A stretch of DNA of 64,000 nt from Escherichia coli (GTDB lineage Bacteria; Pseudomonadota; Gammaproteobacteria; Enterobacterales; Enterobacteriaceae). The translations under genes and the position numbers were made by a program. Each line of letters starts with the position of its first letter. The stretch's first letter is position 1. The stretch lies in NCBI RefSeq assembly GCF_041886205.1, contig NZ_CP169029.1; one strand, given 5' to 3'. Below, one piece after another: positions 20,289 to 30,469 of this stretch. The notes below the pieces were generated by a model. It ran no database searches. It saw only the letters and a program-made list of their open reading frames with translations, and had not been told where the DNA came from.

Positions 20289-21365
20289 GTGAGTATGGCT
20301 AACGCCTGGCTCAGATTATGGCATGACATGCCAAATGACCCTAAGTGGCGAACAATTGCCAGGGTGTCAGGGCAGCCAATTGCAACAGTGATGGCAGTGT
20401 ATATCCACCTCTTGGTGAGCGCGTCACGAAATGTCACGCGAGGTCACATTGATGTCACGACAGAAGATTTGGCAAGTGCGCTCGACGTGACAGAAGAGGT
20501 AATTGATTCAATTTTGCAGACGATGCAGGGGCGGGTACTTGATGGTGATTTAATCACTGGATGGGAAAAACGCCAGGTGCTTAAAGAGGACAACGGCAAT
20601 ATTTCGCAAACCGCAAAATCTCCTGCAGAGCGCAAGAGGGCGCAGCGAGAGAGGGAAAGAAAGCGGGAACAAAATGGCGATTGTCACGGCGCGTCACGAA
20701 ATGTCACGCACATGTCACGACGAGTCACGACAGATAAAGATACAGATAAAGATACAGATCAAGAAGATCAAAACACTATGGTCCATGGCGTAAAAAACGC
20801 CACGAACCAGGCAGGGGATGTTCAGACCGTCAATCTTGGTCAGCCAGCAGGCACGACACCGGAAGCCGATTCAGCGTATGCGCTGAAAGCCGATTCGGGC
20901 GCTGTGCAGCAGGTGATGACCGCAAGGCCGGAGCAATCACACCAACTGCAGCAGCCCGAAGCCGATTCCGCCATTCAGCGGGAAGCCGATCGGGTAGTCC
21001 CGGAAAACACCGGGCAGTCTGTGGGACGAGTGGATTATCCGGATGTGTTCGAACAGGTCTGGCGGGAGTACCCGTTGCGTGCCGGAGCAAACCCGAAGAA
21101 ATCCGCTTTCAGTGCCTGGAAGGCCAGATTACGCGAGGGGGTGCCACCAGAGGCCATGCTGGATGGCGTGAGGCGTTACGCAAGATACTTGGCGGCTACC
21201 GGGAAAACGGGAACGGAATTTGTTCAGCGAGCGACGACGTTTTTTGGACCGGACCGGAATTTTGAGAACTCCTGGTTGCTCCCGGTAAGCGGCACGAACA
21301 ACCAGCGTTGTGTGAATCATATTTCTGAACCGGATAACGAAATTCCGCCGGGCTTCAGGGGGTAA
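20289..21365 (+). CDS. phage replication initiator / replisome organiser, O-like
   Basis: 358 aa; N-terminal WLRLWHDMPNDPKW motif; the coding sequence contains iterons; GTG start with RBS. Confidence 0.6.
   Translation: MSMANAWLRLWHDMPNDPKWRTIARVSGQPIATVMAVYIHLLVSASRNVTRGHIDVTTEDLASALDVTEEVIDSILQTMQGRVLDGDLITGWEKRQVLKEDNGNISQTAKSPAERKRAQRERERKREQNGDCHGASRNVTHMSRRVTTDKDTDKDTDQEDQNTMVHGVKNATNQAGDVQTVNLGQPAGTTPEADSAYALKADSGAVQQVMTARPEQSHQLQQPEADSAIQREADRVVPENTGQSVGRVDYPDVFEQVWREYPLRAGANPKKSAFSAWKARLREGVPPEAMLDGVRRYARYLAATGKTGTEFVQRATTFFGPDRNFENSWLLPVSGTNNQRCVNHISEPDNEIPPGFRG
20423..20765 (+). repeat. putative replication origin: nine GTCAC(G/A) iterons in two clusters plus an AT-rich tandem repeat
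   Basis: Iterons at 20423, 20433, 20443, 20454 and 20683, 20693, 20703, 20714, 20724 (10-11 bp spacing); then GATACAGATAAA x2.5. Confidence 0.5.
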
Positions 21366-21405
21366 GTGTTAATTTCTGGTCATGAGGTAATTTTCAGGAG
21401 GGCTT

Positions 21406-21828
21406 GTGGCAAAAGTTTTTACACAAGAAGAGCGGGAAAAAATTAAAGGGCAGGTTGTTGAACTCGTACGCCAGAGTGGGCGCGAGACGTTAAGACAACT
21501 GGAAACTAAAACTGGGGCAACAAAATATATGATGAACGTTCTGGCCAGAGAGCTGGTTGCCAGTGGCGATGTATACAACTCTGGTTACGGGTTATTCCCG
21601 TCTGAACAGGCGCGTAAGGACTGGCAAAATGCCCGTAAAAAGCTCTCAAGGGCAAAGCTGAAGAAACCATCTGCGGTTGATCCGGACCTTATCTGGTCAT
21701 TACCTGATGGAGAAATACGTCGTTACGACAGGCGTCATAATATGATTTGTACTGAGTGTCGTAAAAGCGAAGTTATGCAGCGCATATTGTCGTTTTATCA
21801 GGGGGATGTTCGGTATTTATTGAAGTGA
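21406..21828 (+). CDS. hypothetical phage protein
   Basis: 140 aa; GTG start 6 nt after AGGAGG; contains C-x2-C. Confidence 0.45.
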   Translation: MAKVFTQEEREKIKGQVVELVRQSGRETLRQLETKTGATKYMMNVLARELVASGDVYNSGYGLFPSEQARKDWQNARKKLSRAKLKKPSAVDPDLIWSLPDGEIRRYDRRHNMICTECRKSEVMQRILSFYQGDVRYLLK

Positions 21829-22223
21829 CGAGATTAAAGTGCATTAGTTCAGATGCAAATTGACATTTTGTGGCACAGGGTAGAGCTAGCGTGGTTGTCC
21901 GCTTTGTGCCAACAGCGGACATTATGGAAGGTCAGAGTTAAAGATTAAAATGGGATGCTGTGTGTTTTCTCCAGGTTTTGCTCTATACCTTTCGGGATAC
22001 TCCACCGACAGAATACGAAAATCAACATTATCAACGGCTCGAAGTGTCTAGATTATCCATGGCAATTCATGGGAAATCCCATCCAACGGCTTATGCTTCA
22101 TGTTGCTTTTTGAGATCGCTTCTAGCATAGCTCCACTCAATAATGTTGTCGGGTCGTTGCTGATCGAAAAGGATACGGGATTCAATACCATTACCTAAAA
22201 AGCTGGTACCGGAACTCGGGCTG

Positions 22224-23228
22224 GTGGTCGTTAAGCCGGGCCGTGAATCCATGCCGGTATTCCACAATACCCGGGTACTGGTGGAGCCGGAACCGAAAAG
22301 CATGCGTAATCTGCCGTCCGGGGTCGTTCCTGCCGTTCGCCAGCCGCTGGTGGAAGACAAAACATTGCTGCCGTTTTTCAGTAACGCACGGGTAATTCGT
22401 GCTGCTGGTGGTGCTGGTGCATTGTCTGACTGGCTGTTGCGCCATATTAAATCCTGCCAGTGGCCACACGGCGATTATCATCACAGCGAAACCGTTATTC
22501 ACCGATATGGTACCGGCGCAATGGTGTTGTGCTGGCACTGCGACAACCAGCTGCGTGACCAGACATCCGAATCACTCGAGCAACTTGCTCATCAAAACCT
22601 GTCAGCATGGATGATTGACGTCATCGGTCACGCAATAAGCGGTACGCAGGAGCGTGAATTATCTCTGGCTGAATTATCCTGGTGGGCGGTCCGCAATCAG
22701 CTGGCGGACGCGCTACCGGAAGCGGTATTACGTCGCTCGCTGGGATTACCAGCGGAAAAAATCTGCTCGGTGTACCGCGAAAGCGACATCGTACCGGGAG
22801 AGCAGACCGCCACCAGCATATTGAAACAGCGCACAAAAAATCTTGCACCGTTGCCTCACGCCCACCAGCAACAAAACCCATCACAGGAAAAGACGGTGGT
22901 AAGCATCACCGTTGATCCAGAGTCTCCGGAATCTTTCATGAAGCTGCCTAAACGTCACCGGTGGGTTAAGGAGAAATACACACGCTGGGTTAAGACACAG
23001 CCGTGTGCTTGCTGCGGTATGCCAGCCGACGATCCGCATCATCTGATTGGTCACGGGCAGGGCGGAATGGGAACCAAAGCACATGATCTCTTTGTTTTGC
23101 CTTTGTGCAGAAAGCATCACGACGAGTTGCATACGGATACCGTGGCATTTGAAGAGAAGTATGGCTCCCAACTGGAGCTGATTTTTCGATTTATCGATCG
23201 CGCGCTGGCAATTGGTGTGCTGGCCTAA
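22224..23228 (+). CDS. DUF968-type protein with C-terminal HNH-like motif (YdfU/NinG-like)
   Basis: 334 aa; C-terminus [21 protein letters not shown]...[10 protein letters not shown]; directly upstream of Q. Confidence 0.6.
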   Translation: MVVKPGRESMPVFHNTRVLVEPEPKSMRNLPSGVVPAVRQPLVEDKTLLPFFSNARVIRAAGGAGALSDWLLRHIKSCQWPHGDYHHSETVIHRYGTGAMVLCWHCDNQLRDQTSESLEQLAHQNLSAWMIDVIGHAISGTQERELSLAELSWWAVRNQLADALPEAVLRRSLGLPAEKICSVYRESDIVPGEQTATSILKQRTKNLAPLPHAHQQQNPSQEKTVVSITVDPESPESFMKLPKRHRWVKEKYTRWVKTQPCACCGMPADDPHHLIGHGQGGMGTKAHDLFVLPLCRKHHDELHTDTVAFEEKYGSQLELIFRFIDRALAIGVLA

Positions 23229-23245
23229 TTTTGTGGAGTAAGTTG

Positions 23246-23623
23246 ATGCGTGATATTCAGATGGTTCTTGAGCGTTGGGGGGCATGGGCGGCTAATAATC
23301 ATGAAGATGTGACCTGGTCGTCCATTGCCGCCGGTTTTAAGGGATTAATTCCTTCAAAAGTAAGATCTCGTCCGCAATGCTGTGACGATGACGCGATGAT
23401 CATTTGTGAATGTATGGCTCGCCTGAAAAAAAACAACAGCGATTTACATGATTTATTGGTGGACTATTATGTCGGCGGCATGACTTTTATGGCGCTTGCA
23501 CATAAGCATGGGCGATCTGATTGTTGGGTTGGCAGGATGCTCCAGAAAGCTGAGGGCGTAGTGGAGGGCATGCTGATGGTGTTGGATCTCCGATTGGAGA
23601 TGGATGCTGATTGTTCGAAATAA
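23246..23623 (+). CDS. quuQ: late-gene antiterminator Q
   Basis: 125 aa [24 protein letters not shown]...; recognised from memory as near-identical to the Qin antiterminator. Confidence 0.75.
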   Translation: MRDIQMVLERWGAWAANNHEDVTWSSIAAGFKGLIPSKVRSRPQCCDDDAMIICECMARLKKNNSDLHDLLVDYYVGGMTFMALAHKHGRSDCWVGRMLQKAEGVVEGMLMVLDLRLEMDADCSK

Positions 23624-23635
23624 TTAAAGGAAAAG

Positions 23636-23664
23636 TTGCTGTCTGATTTTCATTAGTCTAACAT
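23636..23664 (+). promoter_or_regulatory. candidate late promoter PR' (-35 TTGCTG, 17-bp spacer, -10 TAACAT)
   Basis: Sigma70-like elements just downstream of Q and upstream of a terminator, the classic PR'/qut/tR' arrangement. Confidence 0.4.
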
Positions 23665-23721
23665 TTTAAATGTTGGAATCGCAACGTAGTTATTATCATA
23701 TAACAGCTTGTTTCCTGATTT

Positions 23722-23750
23722 AGCCAGCCTCCCCAAAGGCTGGTTTTTTT
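23722..23750 (+). terminator. Rho-independent terminator (tR'-like)
   Basis: Stem CCAGCC/GGCTGG with 8-nt loop followed by T7. Confidence 0.6.
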
Positions 23751-23778
23751 CTAATAAGTATCATTTCGGGTGGGGATT

Positions 23779-24303
23779 TTATTGTTTAACCCATAATAGT
23801 TCATTGACATTGAATCCCAACTTTTGAGCGGTACGCACATAGTCTGCTTTTACATTATCTGGAATAGTTTGGGTCCTTGCCAGAATCCATAGGTATTCTC
23901 TGTTCGGACCACTGACAAGAGCATACTTATACTCATCATCCAGTTTGATTACATTATAGCCACCATAGAAGGGGCCAAAAAACGAAACTTTCAACGCTGC
24001 AGTTTTAGTATCTCCAGTAAAGTATGCTTTACCTTCGCTCTCGCTCCATTTGTTTTTCGTTGGATCGTATCCACGGTTAAGTACGCGAATCCCTCCGTCG
24101 TTCCGTTTTTCATAAGTAGCGCTGACCTGTTCCAGACCACGTTCGAACCAGTTCTCGAGGCGAGCTATTTCATACCATTTTCCGAGGTAGCGGTTGGCGT
24201 CAAAATTTGTAATCGGCTGCACACCTTTAGGTGGTGTCGGGGCCTTACATGCTATAAGAGTGAAAGAGAGTGCAATGCCAGTCAACACAGGCCATAACTT
24301 CAT
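23779..24303 (-). CDS. bacterial lipocalin (Blc-like outer-membrane lipoprotein)
   Basis: 174 aa; lipobox LIAC; lipocalin motifs NFDANRYLGKWYEIARL and YKYALVSGPNREYLWILAR. Confidence 0.8.
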   Translation of the reverse strand: MKLWPVLTGIALSFTLIACKAPTPPKGVQPITNFDANRYLGKWYEIARLENWFERGLEQVSATYEKRNDGGIRVLNRGYDPTKNKWSESEGKAYFTGDTKTAALKVSFFGPFYGGYNVIKLDDEYKYALVSGPNREYLWILARTQTIPDNVKADYVRTAQKLGFNVNELLWVKQ

Positions 24304-24495
24304 AATAAATCCTGTACTTTTGATAGTTGAGAGTAAGTATGAAAGATAGATGAGTACGACCGATCACTTAAAGAACTTTCCTACTATATTAGGAATAGTC
24401 AATAACAGAAAAATTGTCAGTGATGAAGCCAGAAAGGCAATTTAGTCCGTGCACTACAAAGTTTATGTGTTAATGAATTAGTCAAGGGGGAGGAA

Positions 24496-25455
24496 ATGAT
24501 AAAAAAACCTGTGATTGGGATCAGCGGTTGTTTGGGCGGTTCTGCTGTTCGTTTTGATGGTGGTCACAAAAGAGATGACTTTTTAATGGACAAATTAGTG
24601 GAATGGGTAACATTCAGACCAGTATGTCCGGAAATGGCTATAGGGCTGCCAGTTCCGCGTCCTGCTCTACGACTTGTGCGCTCGAAGCAAGGAAATATAC
24701 GGATGTGTTTCAGCCACGACCAGAATGAGGATGTGACAGAGAGAATGACAGAGTTTAGTCGTTCTTATATGGACAAATTAAAGGATGTATCGGGGTTTGT
24801 GGTTTGTGCTAAATCTCCCAGCTGTGGCATGGAGCGCGTGCGTGTCTATGATGAAAATGGTAATCGAGGTCGTAAAGATGGAGTGGGACTATTTACGAGC
24901 ACTTTGATGGAAAAGTTTTCCTGGCTACCGGTTGAAGAGGATGGGCGATTACATGATCCAGTGCTTCGTGAGAATTTTATTGAAAGAGTTTTTGCTTTGC
25001 ATGAGCTCAATCACCTTTACAAGGAGAAATTATCAAGAAGAGAGTTATTAGCTTTTCATAGTCGTTATAAGCTTCAGTTGTTGGCGCATAGCCAGGCAGG
25101 CTATAAAGATATGGGACCATTTGTGGCTGCAATACACGAGTGGGCGGACCTTGAATCATACTTTGAGGTGTATCGTGATAATCTGATGGCGATTCTCAGA
25201 AAACCAGCATCACGTAAAAATCACACGAATGTGCTGATGCATATACAGGGGTATTTTAGTAATTACTTAAGTACACGCCAGCGTAAAGAGTTGAGCGAGG
25301 TTATACTTAACTATCGCTTTGGCACATTGCCTCTTCTTGCGCCGTTGACTCTGCTGAAGCATTATCTGGGTGAGTATCCTAATGATTACTTGCTTACACA
25401 GAATTACTTCGATCCCTATCCGGAAGAACTGGCTCTAAGACTGATGGTGAATTAA
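24496..25455 (+). CDS. DUF523-DUF1722 fusion protein (TudS/YbgA-like)
   Basis: 319 aa; N-terminal Cys-containing DUF523-like region (GISGCLGGSAVRFDGG, CPE, SPSCG); C-terminal YbgA-like region. Confidence 0.65.
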   Translation: MIKKPVIGISGCLGGSAVRFDGGHKRDDFLMDKLVEWVTFRPVCPEMAIGLPVPRPALRLVRSKQGNIRMCFSHDQNEDVTERMTEFSRSYMDKLKDVSGFVVCAKSPSCGMERVRVYDENGNRGRKDGVGLFTSTLMEKFSWLPVEEDGRLHDPVLRENFIERVFALHELNHLYKEKLSRRELLAFHSRYKLQLLAHSQAGYKDMGPFVAAIHEWADLESYFEVYRDNLMAILRKPASRKNHTNVLMHIQGYFSNYLSTRQRKELSEVILNYRFGTLPLLAPLTLLKHYLGEYPNDYLLTQNYFDPYPEELALRLMVN

Positions 25456-25852
25456 CTGTATGCGATATCATCTGAAAGTGATGAGTTCCTGTATGCAGGA
25501 TATTTACAATCGTAAAAACTACGCTATGATGCTCATAGTGTCAGTTTTTATAAAAATCCTGTTCACGCTAAAGAAAACATTGAGATGCAATTTAATGTTG
25601 GTAAACATACCAACCCCAAAAGATTTTATTCAATCTGTTTTTATATGAAGATATTTCAAGTGAATATAAAGAGCATATAATATTATTATTGCACGCAGCT
25701 ATTATAATATAACAGATTAGTTTAATGATTTGTTTTTTGTGAGTTAAACACATGGTTTTATAGTTGTGATGCAATGAGATTTTCCTTATTGTTGAACTGG
25801 CGAATATTGATTTTCCACCTATACTTACCTGGTGTAACCCCAATGATATCAG

Positions 25853-26575
25853 GTGGATAATATGTCATACATATGTTCTATCATTTTGGTGTTGAACTCG
25901 TTTGGTGTCCGAATTGGTAAAGAAGATATTTTGTTTAAAAAAGGAAATGCTGTCCTCATTGAATACAATTTAAAAGATCTTTTTTCGTCAAATACAGATC
26001 ATCTAATGATCGTAGATGTTGAGGAGAAAACAGTTAATGATTTCTTTAAAAACTACACACTCTCACCTTTTTCTGTAAGAAGGTTTTATCCGTCATACTT
26101 GATAGTAGAATGTGAAGATTTTTCATTGTTAAAGAACTTGGTTGCATGCTTGAATTGTGATAGCAAAACCGTGGATGTAGTTAGAAATCAAATATCACTT
26201 GCATGTCTTGCTGTCTTATCTTCAGAGAAAATAGTGCAAAGTTTTTTGTTCGGAAGTCTTAATAGCTTAGGTTGTAAAGTTAAGGCTATTATTCACTCGG
26301 ATATCTCAGCGTCATGGAGACTTTGTGATATATCTTCAAGATTATATATGAGCGAGAGTTTGTTAAAAAGAAAATTAAAAGACGAAGGATTATCGTTTAG
26401 TAAATTAATTCTTGAAGAACGAATGATGATGGCGCAAAGATTATTGATCTACAGTAACCATACTGTCGGCAAGGTGGCGGGAATATGCGGGTATGACAAT
26501 GCATCATATTTTGTAAGTGTTTTTAGAGGATATTTTGGTGTGCCTCCGCACCAATATTTATCAAGATTTTCTTAG
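25853..26575 (+). CDS. AraC/XylS-family transcriptional regulator (AppY/YdeO/GadX-like)
   Basis: 240 aa; C-terminal AraC HTH (GICGYDNASYFVSVFRGYFGVPPHQY); AT-rich gene and flanks. Confidence 0.75.
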   Translation: MDNMSYICSIILVLNSFGVRIGKEDILFKKGNAVLIEYNLKDLFSSNTDHLMIVDVEEKTVNDFFKNYTLSPFSVRRFYPSYLIVECEDFSLLKNLVACLNCDSKTVDVVRNQISLACLAVLSSEKIVQSFLFGSLNSLGCKVKAIIHSDISASWRLCDISSRLYMSESLLKRKLKDEGLSFSKLILEERMMMAQRLLIYSNHTVGKVAGICGYDNASYFVSVFRGYFGVPPHQYLSRFS

Positions 26576-26765
26576 AAGATATGATGTGATGGCATTTTAT
26601 AAAGTTATTTTTTGAAGTGTAAGATTATACGATATTTTTAGCTACGCCAGAATAATTGCTGGCGTTTTTCTTTTTGAATAGATGTTCGGGCCTTACGCTA
26701 ATGTAACTTCTTTCCTTCTTCGAACCAAACCGTGTACACCATCCGTTATCTGCGGAGGTGAGGCT

Positions 26766-26981
26766 ATGAAATCCATGGATAAGTTAACAACGGGCATCGC
26801 CTACAGCACCTCTGCAGGCAGTGCTGGCTACTGGTTTTTACAGTTGCTCGATAAAGTCACGCCCTCACAGTGGGCGGCAATAGGTGTATTGGGTAGTCTG
26901 GTATTTGGCATGCTGACGTATCTGACAAATCTTTATTTCAAGATTAAAGAAGACAGGCGTAAGGCTGCGAGAGGAGAGTAA
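26766..26981 (+). CDS. essQ: phage holin
   Basis: 71 aa [29 protein letters not shown]...; one TM segment and charged C-terminus; first gene of lysis cassette. Confidence 0.8.
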   Translation: MKSMDKLTTGIAYSTSAGSAGYWFLQLLDKVTPSQWAAIGVLGSLVFGMLTYLTNLYFKIKEDRRKAARGE

Positions 26982-26985
26982 TCCA

Positions 26986-27297
26986 ATGACTCAAGACTAT
27001 GAACTGGTTGTGAAAGGAGTCCGTAATTTTGAGAATAAAGTTACGGTAACTGTAGCCTTACAGGACAAAGAACGCTTTGACGGTGAAATTTTTGGCCTGG
27101 ATGTCGCCATGGACCGTGTTGAAGGAGCTGCGCTGGAGTTTTATGAGGCAGCAGCCAGAATGAGCGTCCGGCAAGTCTTCCTGGAAGTAGCAGAAAAATT
27201 GTCAGAAAAAGTTGAGTCTTATCTGCAGCATCAGTACTCCTTTAAGATTGAAAATCCTGACAATAAGCACGAGCGTCCTCATCATAAATATCTATGA
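26986..27297 (+). CDS. ydfR: YdfR-like phage protein
   Basis: 103 aa between holin and endolysin. Confidence 0.55.
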   Translation: MTQDYELVVKGVRNFENKVTVTVALQDKERFDGEIFGLDVAMDRVEGAALEFYEAAARMSVRQVFLEVAEKLSEKVESYLQHQYSFKIENPDNKHERPHHKYL

Positions 27298-27823
27298 ACA
27301 CAAAAATCAGATACGGCCTGTCGGCTGCCGTTCTGGCGCTGATTGGTGCTGGCGCATCTGCTCCTCAGATACTTGACCAGTTTCTGGACGAAAAAGAAGG
27401 TAACCACACAATGGCATACCGCGATGGTTCTGGCATATGGACCATCTGTCGGGGTGCCACAGTGGTGGATGGAAAAAACGTTTTTCCCAATATGAAACTG
27501 TCGAAGGAAAAATGCGACCAGGTCAACGCCATTGAGCGTGATAAGGCGCTGGCATGGGTGGAGCGCAATATAAAAGTTCCACTGACCGAGCCACAGAAAG
27601 CCGGTATCGCGTCATTCTGTCCCTATAACATTGGCCCTGGTAAGTGTTTTCCGTCGACGTTTTATAAGCGGCTTAATGCCGGTGATCGTAAAGGCGCATG
27701 CGAGGCGATTCGCTGGTGGATAAAGGACGGTGGACGTGATTGCCGCATTCGTTCAAATAATTGTTACGGTCAGGTTATTCGTCGTGACCAGGAGAGTGCA
27801 TTAACCTGCTGGGGGATAGAACA

Positions 27824-27827
<4 letters not shown>
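27294..27827 (+). CDS. rrrQ: phage endolysin (lysozyme) with N-terminal signal-anchor
   Basis: 177 aa; hydrophobic N-terminus; lysozyme-like core; overlaps neighbours in a lysis cassette. Confidence 0.8.
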
Positions 27828-28320
<493 letters not shown>

Positions 28321-28683
28321 GGTAATATTAAATCGGAACATTTACATCGCGGAATGTAAAATTTAAATAAAAAGGACTCTTCCATGAGCCAAAATTCCTG
28401 AAATCTTAAGGGTAAGATAAAAGGTCTTAATCAGAATGACACGTTATTATTAATAAATAAAGCTATTCTTTCATTGCTGTGTTTTTCTTTACAAAAGTAA
28501 TCCTTGCTATGGGTGGTTAATCATGCGTTAATGGTGTTCTGGTTTGTTACAAATTTATCTGAAGCAGTCATTGTTATAATTTTATTATTTGTACCTCTTG
28601 AGATTTCCTTGTTGGTTTTTCTCTCTGATATTTTTTTTCGGACCATTCTGCCCAAGGGCTAATTTCTTCAAAAGGTAATAATT

Positions 28684-28896
28684 ATGTCTAACAAAATGAC
28701 TGGTTTAGTGAAATGGTTTAACCCTGAAAAAGGTTTTGGTTTCATCACGCCGAAAGATGGCAGCAAAGATGTGTTTGTCCATTTCTCAGCAATTCAGAGC
28801 AACGATTTCAAAACATTAACTGAGAATCAGGAAGTTGAATTTGGTATTGAGAACGGACCTAAAGGTCCTGCCGCTGTTCATGTAGTGGCGCTTTGA
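28684..28896 (+). CDS. cspI: cold-shock protein (CspA family)
   Basis: 70 aa [23 protein letters not shown]...; long upstream leader typical of csp genes. Confidence 0.9.
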   Translation: MSNKMTGLVKWFNPEKGFGFITPKDGSKDVFVHFSAIQSNDFKTLTENQEVEFGIENGPKGPAAVHVVAL

Positions 28897-29167
28897 GGTA
28901 GACAATATTACAAACCATATTCACTTTAGATGCCCGTGTTGTCATGGTTCCCAGTATAGAACATCATCTTTTGATGTTTCTGACATGAATCCTTTCGGGG
29001 CAAAATGTATCTTTTGTAAATCAATGATGATTACATTTGATAATATTTCACAATACTTAAATGCCAGCCGTCTGTCGTTGGATTTAAAAAAGTGAAAATG
29101 AAGGCTCCTTCGGGAGTTTTTTTGCTTGGTATCTATTCGATGGATACTCACATACTACGGTAACATC

Positions 29168-29398
29168 ATGAAAAAAATCATAGTTTTTTTTAACTCTGAA
29201 CCAGCAGTGGTAGTGCCAGCGATGACTGGAGTTAACACCATCATGCGTGAATATCCAAATGGCGAAAAAACACACCTTACTGTAATGGCCGCAGGGTTTC
29301 CATCTCTGACCGGAGATCATAAAGTCATTTATGTAGCAGCGGATCGACATGTAACTTCAGAAGAAATTCTGGAAGCAGCAATGAGACTCTTGAATTGA
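29168..29398 (+). CDS. hypothetical small phage protein
   Basis: 76 aa from MKKIIVFFNSEPAVVV...; the track ORF starts at an upstream TTG. Confidence 0.45.
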   Translation: MKKIIVFFNSEPAVVVPAMTGVNTIMREYPNGEKTHLTVMAAGFPSLTGDHKVIYVAADRHVTSEEILEAAMRLLN

Positions 29399-29570
29399 TT
29401 TGATTCTAATGCATTGATAATAAATGATAATCATCTTTATCTGTTTGTGTGAAATTTAGACCGTCGTATGTTGATTATTGCGATGTTTCATCTTATCTTT
29501 TATACGTTTGCTCCATATAATTGACACTACTGTGTACCAGGACAGTCATAACAGACTAAAAGAGGAAATG

Positions 29571-29744
29571 ATGAACATTGAAGAGTTAAAAACAAAAACA
29601 GAAGCAGATATTTCTGAATATATAACAAAAAAAATCATTGAGCTTAAGAAAAAGACCGGGAAAGAAGTTACCAGTATCCAGTTTACTGCACGGGAAAAAA
29701 TGACTGGTCTTGAAAGCTATGATATCAAGATTGATTTAATCTAG
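29571..29744 (+). CDS. gnsB: GnsA/GnsB-family small protein
   Basis: 57 aa MNIEELKTKTEADISEYITKKIIELKKKTGKEV...; RBS AGAGGAAATG. Confidence 0.75.
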   Translation: MNIEELKTKTEADISEYITKKIIELKKKTGKEVTSIQFTAREKMTGLESYDIKIDLI

Positions 29745-30039
29745 CATGTTTATAGTATTAGCATCAATTTCTCATCAGATGCTATTCAACAATACAAATT
29801 ACCCATAAACCTCGTTTTTACGGGGTTTTGTTATATTTAAACATTACCGAATAGATATAAATCTCGATTGTCGATGGTATTGGTTATGTGACAATACCTA
29901 GTCTTTCCGGTATGCCTGAAGAGAATACAAACGACAGATTATGTAAGGGAAACGCGCTGAAACTTTCACTCTTTCATGCTGAGTGATTTGACGTTATATT
30001 TTTAGCCGCAAGTGAAGAGCAAACGAATGGAGCGACAAA

Positions 30040-30246
30040 ATGCATAAAGATCAATACACTGATGCCCCCTCCCAGGAGCAGGTTCGTGTAAAAACTATGC
30101 TTAATAGCACCATTTCGATGGGTTACCCGGATGTTGTAATTGCATGTATAGAACATCAAGTATCTCTGGAAGCATTCAGGGCAATTGAGGCCGCGTTAGT
30201 AAAGCACGATAAGAATACGAAGGATTATTCCCTGGTGGTTGACTGA
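30040..30246 (+). CDS. hypothetical protein
   Basis: 68 aa with GGAG RBS 11 nt upstream; no recognisable family. Confidence 0.3.
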   Translation: MHKDQYTDAPSQEQVRVKTMLNSTISMGYPDVVIACIEHQVSLEAFRAIEAALVKHDKNTKDYSLVVD

Positions 30247-30469
30247 TCACCATAACTGCTAACCATTCTGACCATTTCACAAGTGACAGAGTCAATATCG
30301 TATTCTGTCACTGTAAGGCTAATACAGTACTGCAATTCAACTACAGCAATGCCTCGTATTTAGGTGAATTTACAATATCGTCCAGTTCGGATGCCGGCTG
30401 CATTTCTGAAGATAAGGCATTTCGGTTCGCGTATTTTCCCCTCATGCTCGTCAGTCCTGCGCGTAGTAA

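Noticed and set aside
20423-20765. Short regularly spaced repeats in the replication gene as a possible CRISPR array
   Set aside because: Repeat unit is only about 6-8 bp at 10-11 bp spacing inside a coding sequence, with no spacers of CRISPR length and no cas genes; this is an iteron-type origin.
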